IMG/VR virus record: IMGVR_UViG_3300031548_000003
Location: 1-64,000 of that record
Length of the DNA stretch: 64,000 bases
Source of the DNA: a virus
Lineage: Duplodnaviria; Caudoviricetes
Reading direction: 5' to 3' (one strand)
Shown here: in pieces, positions 58,071-64,000 of the stretch
How positions within the stretch are numbered: position 1 is the stretch's first letter
Layout of the letters: each line of letters starts with the position of its first letter
Notes under the pieces: model-generated
Seen by the model: only the letters and a program-made list of their open reading frames with translations
Databases searched by the model: none
What the model was told of the DNA's origin: nothing
Made by a program: the position numbers and the translations under genes

Positions 58071-58545
58071 AAAATAATTAACTTTCAGCCTTTAAAACAA
58101 ACGACTTATGAAGCCTAAATTTGAAACGGGTGCAACCACTCATGAGGTGAATGATCTTATTTTATTCGCTGAGAATACAAGAAAATTAACAGAATTAAGA
58201 GATACAATCTATATGCAGGCTGTTAAGCCTTCAGATAATGATATTTTAAAATCTCATCTATCTGGATTTTTTGGTAATGGTGAATGCGAAGGATATGCAG
58301 GGACAATACAAGACCGCGTAAAAACAATTTTGCATAAAAGATTTAATCGGCTTTTTTACGAAACTGTAGAGGCTTACAAAAAGGAATTTCCCGATAATCA
58401 TTATAAAACAAATGGAGACGTTGGTAAAAACGTTATTTCGTATCCTCAACAAGAGGAGTTTTGTAAACTCTACGCAGAGGACTTCGAAAACTGGAAGAAA
58501 GAACACGGTTAAAATAATTAACTTTCAATCTTTAAAACAAACGAC
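58071..58545 (+). repeat. 35-bp direct repeat forming the leaders of two genes (58071-58105, 58511-58545)
   Basis: AAAATAATTAACTTTCA(GC/AT)CTTTAAAACAAACGAC; 2 mismatches; each ends 2 nt before an ATG. Confidence 0.85.
58108..58512 (+). CDS. Early hypothetical protein
   Basis: 134 aa; follows a repeated leader. Confidence 0.7.
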   Translation: MKPKFETGATTHEVNDLILFAENTRKLTELRDTIYMQAVKPSDNDILKSHLSGFFGNGECEGYAGTIQDRVKTILHKRFNRLFYETVEAYKKEFPDNHYKTNGDVGKNVISYPQQEEFCKLYAEDFENWKKEHG

Positions 58546-58547
58546 AA

Positions 58548-58910
58548 ATGAAAAACGAAACTTACATACGTGTAATACCACGCGATTTATTTAACGAGGC
58601 AAAGCTTCTTAAATGCGTTGGCAAGTTGTGTCTACTCATTCATGATAATTCAAATCTACCCGCAAAAATTGAATTTGAACACGATGGAAATCCTTTCAAT
58701 ATCGAATTATTAGAGGAAGGCAGTTTAACGGTAACAAATATTCGATTTAAAATTGAGGGTAAGGAATACTTATTTAAAACTACATATAACAGCAAGGCAA
58801 ATTATCCATTCTATTTGCAAACGGAGGAGTTTGAAGATCGTGAGGTATTTGATGAATTTGGAAGTTTTAGCCCTGATTTTATAACGTTTTGCAATGGACT
58901 TCCTGAGTAA
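58548..58910 (+). CDS. Early hypothetical protein
   Basis: RVIPRDLFNEAKLLKC motif; follows a repeated leader. Confidence 0.7.
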   Translation: MKNETYIRVIPRDLFNEAKLLKCVGKLCLLIHDNSNLPAKIEFEHDGNPFNIELLEEGSLTVTNIRFKIEGKEYLFKTTYNSKANYPFYLQTEEFEDREVFDEFGSFSPDFITFCNGLPE

Positions 58911-58950
58911 TTCAGGATTCAGCCCGGGCCGGTTATAGTCGTTTGTTTCC

Positions 58951-59259
58951 GTGCCCTGGGCTTACTTAAAAACGACTTTACATCATCAATTAAAACATAC
59001 AGATATGAACACAATCAAAAAACTTATTATTGAAAACAGTTATAACGAGGAAAATTTAGACATCATCATTGACGCTCTAAAATACAGAGCTACAGAAGCC
59101 GGTTGTACAGTAGACGTTCAGGGAAATGATATTCAGTTTTATTGGGACCAGGATATTATAGATATGTCAAATGGTGCGCATGACCTAGACGTATACCAAA
59201 ACGCCATTATCGAAAATACTATCGAAGATTTAAGATTAGAGCACTCAGAATTATTTTAA
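58951..59259 (+). CDS. Early acidic hypothetical protein
   Basis: Likely start MNTIKK after a CATACAGATATG leader. Confidence 0.6.
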   Translation: MPWAYLKTTLHHQLKHTDMNTIKKLIIENSYNEENLDIIIDALKYRATEAGCTVDVQGNDIQFYWDQDIIDMSNGAHDLDVYQNAIIENTIEDLRLEHSELF

Positions 59260-59283
59260 ACCCATTTATCTAAACATACAGAT

Positions 59284-59601
59284 ATGAAAACAGCACAGAG
59301 CGATTTAGTATACAGCATCAAAAACAATAATCTTTCGATTAAAATTGATATGCTCTTAACACAAGAAGACTATGATGCAAATTGGAAGGGTGAAAACGGT
59401 TCTGACGGATATTGGACTGATAACGTTACTAAGATATATGATACAGTAAGTTCATTCGCGAATGATGAGTTTGGGCTTGATTTACAAATATGGGAAGAGG
59501 GGAATGCGTTTGTTCAGAATCTGAATCCTAAAAAGCTCAACGAAATTGTTGAAGCTCTTGAAAAAGCTTTCGATGAAAAATTTGATATAAGAGAAAGATA
59601 A
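59284..59601 (+). CDS. Early acidic hypothetical protein
   Basis: CATACAGATATG leader. Confidence 0.65.
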   Translation: MKTAQSDLVYSIKNNNLSIKIDMLLTQEDYDANWKGENGSDGYWTDNVTKIYDTVSSFANDEFGLDLQIWEEGNAFVQNLNPKKLNEIVEALEKAFDEKFDIRER

Positions 59602-59621
59602 AATCATTTAACAATACAGAT

Positions 59622-59816
59622 ATGAAAACTTACTTAGCATTTTCAACAGAAAACAAAGCATACATTTGCGAAGCAAAGAGTAAAAAACAAATGAAAGAAA
59701 AAGGAATGAACATGAAATTGGACTGGCAGGAAAGAGAGAATTTTGAAAAAGCAAAAAATGAAATTCTTTCTTCAGGATACGAACTAACAAATGCTACTAG
59801 ATTACAGACACTTTAA
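59622..59816 (+). CDS. Early hypothetical protein
   Basis: AATACAGATATG leader. Confidence 0.6.
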   Translation: MKTYLAFSTENKAYICEAKSKKQMKEKGMNMKLDWQERENFEKAKNEILSSGYELTNATRLQTL

Positions 59817-59902
59817 TTTTAGATACTGATTAAAAAACTAACTAATCGCACCAAAGCCTCTTAACGGAGGCTAAGGAACCGGCACCAAAAAACCATAACA
59901 GA

Positions 59903-60562
59903 ATGAGAAAATCACAATTCAAATCACAAGCTGAAAAAAGGGCTATAAACGAAATTAGTGTATTGTGCTTTTACATGGCGTACCAATACCGCTGGGATGA
60001 TTCACAGACAGTAGATCCGCAATATGGTTATGTTACATACCATTTAACTGAGGCAACGGCAATTAAAGCAGCGAATGCAATCAAATTAGATTTAGGGTTT
60101 GAGGCAATTGTTGAAAGGCTTTCTATTGAATATTCAGATTTTAATGAAGGCATTGAATTTGGGGAAGAATTTGAACTTGAAAATTTGGATGATTACAAAA
60201 AATTCATCTCTCTAGAAAGAGACCGGATTTACACAGGTGCATTCAATAATGGTGGAGACCTACCTGAAGATGGGTTCATAGTATATTATCGTCATCACCG
60301 GTATTTGAACTATGCCTATAATATTGAATCAATCGAGCCAGTTGCTTATTCACGCCATAAAACATTTAGTGATTTAAGAAATGATTCAGACTCCACTATG
60401 ACCAGCTACGCATATGTTGCAACTGATATTGATGAGCTGGCGGAAAATTTTGAAAGAGGCAGCGTAAAGCCTTTTGACAAAATAAATTCAGGAAGCAGAA
60501 TTATACGTGAGTTTTTGGCCGAACAAGGTCATCCTAATTACACTATTCCCAAACCCTTTTAA
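59903..60562 (+). CDS. Early acidic hypothetical protein
   Basis: 219 aa; Tyr/Glu-rich. Confidence 0.7.
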   Translation: MRKSQFKSQAEKRAINEISVLCFYMAYQYRWDDSQTVDPQYGYVTYHLTEATAIKAANAIKLDLGFEAIVERLSIEYSDFNEGIEFGEEFELENLDDYKKFISLERDRIYTGAFNNGGDLPEDGFIVYYRHHRYLNYAYNIESIEPVAYSRHKTFSDLRNDSDSTMTSYAYVATDIDELAENFERGSVKPFDKINSGSRIIREFLAEQGHPNYTIPKPF

Positions 60563-60577
60563 CTAACCAATACAAAC

Positions 60578-60817
60578 ATGGAAAGAATAACAAAAAACAG
60601 TACCACCACCGAAAAAGCATTTGCCCTATCGGCTGTTCAAGCTACTATCTTGAACTTAAAGTATATTGAAAAACTAGGACTTGCAACCGCGAACACAATC
60701 GCTTCTGTAGAAGATTTGAAAGTATACGAAAAGCAGTTGAGTGATTACATCAGGTCTGAAAGAGAAGAGAGTAGGATATCTCTAAATGAACTTCTAAATA
60801 AGCTTTTAGGAAGATGA
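60578..60817 (+). CDS. Hypothetical protein
   Basis: 79 aa. Confidence 0.6.
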   Translation: MERITKNSTTTEKAFALSAVQATILNLKYIEKLGLATANTIASVEDLKVYEKQLSDYIRSEREESRISLNELLNKLLGR

Positions 60818-61087
60818 GAGTGTTTAACTATAACCACAATCAATGTTTACCTTTTTAACCTAAAATTAACTAAATATGAAAAAAGACATTAATCAGGTAT
60901 TAGCTGCTTATTATGCTAATCAAAACTCAGTTACCCAATCTTGTATTAAGGGGGCTGTTTCTCGTTTGATTTTGAAAAGTAAATAACTAAACATTCAGAG
61001 AACTAGCCGCTAAATTCTCCACAAGTATTTCAAATATAGTAACAGTGTGTAAACATAAAACTTGGACTGATTAAACATTAAAATTTT

Positions 61088-61228
61088 ATGGAGTCTAAAA
61101 TAAAACTTCCACTTTTCATAGTTGAAAAATCAAACAGCTATTGGATAATATGGGATACTACTACTCATGAAATAGTAGGTACATTTGAAACAAAAGAAAA
61201 TGCAGAAGCTAAATTAAAAACCCTTTAA
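61088..61228 (+). CDS. Small protein (46 aa, not in ORF track)
   Basis: ...IVGTFETKENAEAKL motif common in small phage proteins. Confidence 0.5.
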   Translation: MESKIKLPLFIVEKSNSYWIIWDTTTHEIVGTFETKENAEAKLKTL

Positions 61229-61239
61229 ATTTAAAAATT

Positions 61240-61602
61240 ATGACTAGAGATGAAATAGCATTAAGAATTCTTACTTCTGATTTAATCGAAAGATTAATAA
61301 CTGAAAAGCAGCAATCTGATTTACGCGCCCATCATGTCATGGATACTCCGTTGCTAGCATCAGAAAGACTAAGAATTAGCTTTGAACTAGCTGATGAATT
61401 TATATCTCAATCTGAAATGAGAATAAAAACTGAAGGAAATAAAACCTTCCAATTCATCTTAAAAATAGAAGCAGATACCCTAGATGATGCGATTTTAAAA
61501 AATAATCTAAAAGGTAAAGTTATTATGTGGCAAGAGATAGACAAAAAATCGAATCTTGGATCTCAATTGTATAGTCAAATATTACCCAGTCATTTGACCT
61601 AA
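61240..61602 (+). CDS. Hypothetical protein
   Basis: MTRDEIALRIL...SFELADEFI. Confidence 0.6.
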   Translation: MTRDEIALRILTSDLIERLITEKQQSDLRAHHVMDTPLLASERLRISFELADEFISQSEMRIKTEGNKTFQFILKIEADTLDDAILKNNLKGKVIMWQEIDKKSNLGSQLYSQILPSHLT

Positions 61603-61620
61603 ACCAAACGATTTGAAAAT

Positions 61621-61875
61621 ATGAAAATATCAATCACACTTAGAGAATTCGAAAATGCCGGCGGCAATCCTACCAAAATGAATATAGAAAAGACATTTGT
61701 TACCTATGGTGATAAACACAAAAACAAACCTATTAAGAGTATAACCTTTGATTCTAATAATAGCTCAGGTGGTAAACTTTGGAATGTCTTTTTTAAAGAT
61801 GGGAGTACTCATCGGTATTCAGAAATGTGGATAACAACCGAAGTAGAATTTGTACTATCAAAAGAATACGTTTAA
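61621..61875 (+). CDS. Hypothetical protein
   Basis: 84 aa. Confidence 0.55.
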   Translation: MKISITLREFENAGGNPTKMNIEKTFVTYGDKHKNKPIKSITFDSNNSSGGKLWNVFFKDGSTHRYSEMWITTEVEFVLSKEYV

Positions 61876-61933
61876 CTCCAAAATCAAACGAGAAAAGAAT
61901 CCCCTATATTAGTAGTAAACTAATACAAAAACT

Positions 61934-62356
61934 ATGAAGTATATCACTATCATTCTTGTTGCTTTAATCGCTTGCTCACCTGATGACCCTAAACCTATTA
62001 CTGACATTACTGGTAATTGGACTTTCTCAGTTCCTAACCTATCAGCCAACTTCACAATATTTAAATCTGGGAATGATTTCTATGTAAAGAAAGGATCTAA
62101 GTTTTCTATTGATGGCAAAAATTACACCACGGGACAGGATGATATTATCCAGGGGGTGGGGTTATTTTTTAGAACTGATGTTTCACAGGCTATTGCTACT
62201 GGATACAACAATGTCTCATATATACAATTTCCTGCAATCCCTTCCTCAGATTTTAAAACTATGGACGGCAGTAATGTTTCCATAAGAATATGGGACTCTC
62301 CTACTGACATCCAAGAAAAGACATACACTGAGCATTTTATAATTAGTAGAAGATAG
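61934..62356 (+). CDS. Putative lipoprotein (lipocalin-like beta protein)
   Basis: MKYITIILVALIAC lipobox-like; DITGNW motif. Confidence 0.65.
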   Translation: MKYITIILVALIACSPDDPKPITDITGNWTFSVPNLSANFTIFKSGNDFYVKKGSKFSIDGKNYTTGQDDIIQGVGLFFRTDVSQAIATGYNNVSYIQFPAIPSSDFKTMDGSNVSIRIWDSPTDIQEKTYTEHFIISRR

Positions 62357-62379
62357 AAATAAGGGATAAATTACCCCTT

Positions 62380-62640
62380 ATGAAAAATATTAAACAATGG
62401 GCAGCAATTCTGTTTGTTATTGGAGCAATAGAAATAATATTTTATGCAGTATGTGATTACTTTCTAGTTCATAAACCTCACTGGTCTCGCAGACAACGTA
62501 TAGGCGGAGAATTAGGTGATCAATTTTGGAGTCCTGGTGGGTTTAACGCGGAATTGTTTCAATCATTGAATGTTATCCTTTCAGGATTGATTTTAGGATT
62601 GATAGGAGCATTGATTTTTAAAAATATTAAACAAAAATAA
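62380..62640 (+). CDS. Two-TM membrane protein
   Basis: Two hydrophobic helices. Confidence 0.6.
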   Translation: MKNIKQWAAILFVIGAIEIIFYAVCDYFLVHKPHWSRRQRIGGELGDQFWSPGGFNAELFQSLNVILSGLILGLIGALIFKNIKQK

Positions 62641-62670
62641 TTGACAATTATAAAATTATTCCTACATTCG
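62641..62670 (+). promoter_or_regulatory. Bacteroidota-type sigma70 promoter candidate
   Basis: TTG(AC) at 62641 and TACATTCG at 62663-62670, one mismatch from the TAnnTTTG -7 box. Confidence 0.45.
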
Positions 62671-62674
62671 TATC

Positions 62675-62798
62675 GTCAAGTAAACGTTACAGATCGGATG
62701 AATATTGTCAAAGAAACGCGGAGCGAACCCCTGCGCCTGGGTTATAATGATTCAGGCAGTATCTGTAACAAGTGCTTGACAGCAGGAAAGTCGCTCCG
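62675..62798 (+). ncRNA. C4-like antisense / leader RNA upstream of 62831
   Basis: Nested and alternative inverted repeats; GTGCTTGACA is complementary to the start region of the next gene. Confidence 0.55.
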
Positions 62799-62830
62799 TT
62801 ATTTATTCACTCTTTAAAACGTTAAGTACT

Positions 62831-63049
62831 ATGTCAAGCACTTCACAAACAATCTTCATTCCTATTACCGTTGAGGTAACCAATTCTCATCAAAATGCTG
62901 GTAGACTAAGAAGCACCAGAGCAGATCTACGCCATTATCTTGAATTGATAATGGTCAGTAATGAATTGGCTTTTGATGATGAGTACCTCAAATCACTTAC
63001 AGCTCAGTTGTGGCCTATTTTAAAGGCATCTATTAAATCCAGAATGTAA
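62831..63049 (+). CDS. Small protein under the C4-like leader (ash/Kil-like position)
   Basis: 72 aa; followed by a terminator. Confidence 0.55.
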   Translation: MSSTSQTIFIPITVEVTNSHQNAGRLRSTRADLRHYLELIMVSNELAFDDEYLKSLTAQLWPILKASIKSRM

Positions 63050-63060
63050 GGGATGTCCTA

Positions 63061-63096
63061 AAGATAGAATCCGTAAGGGGTTCTATCTTTTTTTTG
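63061..63096 (+). terminator. Intrinsic terminator
   Basis: AAGATAGAATCC...GGGTTCTATCTT stem followed by a long T run. Confidence 0.8.
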
Positions 63097-63140
63097 TTAA
63101 ATTTTGAAACAACTAAATATAAATTAACGTTTAACTAAAT

Positions 63141-63458
63141 ATGGAACACAATGGACTAGAACCAAAAGGCATCAAACCAACTAATTATGAAAGGGTTCTT
63201 CTTCAGCATTTTTTTGGGCATATTCCTGCCATTATTACCTGGAACACTCTCATCCCCATGCTTGAAAGCATAAATCACTATGATTGCCTGTTTAATATTT
63301 ATACTTCACGTACAAATGGGCATATCTACTATTCAGTAGTTATATGGGAAGGTGAAATGGACCAGCCAATTAGCGGATATGATCAATGGGAGGCTGATCT
63401 TATCCAAAGAACTTATAAATCAATTATTGAATATATTAATTGGTCACAAAAACATTAA
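63141..63458 (+). CDS. Hypothetical phage protein
   Basis: TWNTLIPMLESI...YKSIIEYINW; resembles 2477-2869; ATG after TAACTAAAT. Confidence 0.65.
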   Translation: MEHNGLEPKGIKPTNYERVLLQHFFGHIPAIITWNTLIPMLESINHYDCLFNIYTSRTNGHIYYSVVIWEGEMDQPISGYDQWEADLIQRTYKSIIEYINWSQKH

Positions 63459-63625
63459 ATTATATTAAACAATAATGACTATAGAGCGTTTTATAAAAAA
63501 ATTTAACCATATGCAATGGTCAATCATAACATTAATAGTGGGTTGTGTCTTGGCAGGGGTTGTGATTTATTTTTTTAATTGTATGCTATTAACGATAATG
63601 AAGTAAATCTAAAACAACCCTTTTT

Positions 63626-63829
63626 ATGCCAAACAAACCCACAAACACGACCCAGATCATTCACACATTCGCAAATCGTCTTGGTGCTTTAGTTATTAAA
63701 TCCCAGGATCAGTACTCAATCACTCTCATGGCTAATGATGATTATTATCCCCAGGCCAGTTGGGAAACTGATTCTGAAGAAGAAATGATGTCTATTTTGG
63801 AGGATATAAAAATTTTTCCTACAGACTAG
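63626..63829 (+). CDS. Hypothetical protein
   Basis: 67 aa. Confidence 0.5.
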   Translation: MPNKPTNTTQIIHTFANRLGALVIKSQDQYSITLMANDDYYPQASWETDSEEEMMSILEDIKIFPTD

Positions 63830-64000
63830 CTATTACAGTAAATAACACCTAATTTTGTTAAAACCACAAACTTTTATGAAACAATCGATCATAACTTACC
63901 GATCGGGCGAAGTTGAATTGGATGTAAATGACCAGAAAGAGGCTACTTATTATGCGGCTTTAAAGGACAAAACACGTTTTTTACAAGACATAACTCTTTA

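Noticed and set aside
58071-59640. CRISPR array
   Set aside because: The repeats are few, of different types, and separated by whole genes rather than 30-40-nt spacers.
57632-62328. Minus-strand ORFs 57632-57871, 58258-58506, 59608-59790, 62122-62328
   Set aside because: Shadows of plus-strand genes that have clear leaders and motifs.
1-64000. Stop-codon reassignment (TAG or TGA) as in some crAss-like phages
   Set aside because: Large genes are intact under the standard code, TAG ends several genes cleanly (e.g. 1394, 28021), and no suppressor tRNA was found.

Overview
The window is about 64 kb of one AT-rich dsDNA phage genome with a crAss-related, podovirus-type layout and a probable Bacteroidota host. 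The closest named group (Crassvirales or Pachyviridae-like relatives) cannot be fixed without a search. Minus strand, 1-56.5 kb: tyrosine integrase (cut by the window edge), an intact attP whose core matches a tRNA-Asp 3' end, excisionase, ejection/core proteins, tail nozzle and ring proteins, two related tail fibres, M15 endolysin, capsid, scaffold, portal and terminase with two free-standing endonucleases, a glycan-synthesis cassette, many small accessory genes, a 1.5-kb tRNA/ncRNA cluster, primase-helicase, cytosine methylase and 5'-3' exonuclease. A ~1.1-kb non-coding switch region follows, then plus-strand small early-type genes. Most unusual observations: (1) two tRNA-like RNAs 48 kb apart with identical 26-nt 5' and 26-nt 3' tRNA halves but unrelated structured cargo in place of the anticodon and variable arms; (2) a second, inverted att-like site (arm repeats plus core at nearly the same spacing) at the strand switch; (3) stem-closed ncRNA modules around the tRNAs; (4) a dispersed bipartite ~20-bp motif; (5) two candidate antisense-RNA switches in the early region; (6) a DGR-like variable region with no RT in view; (7) the glycosylation cassette. 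All assignments come from reading motifs by eye; no database was searched.
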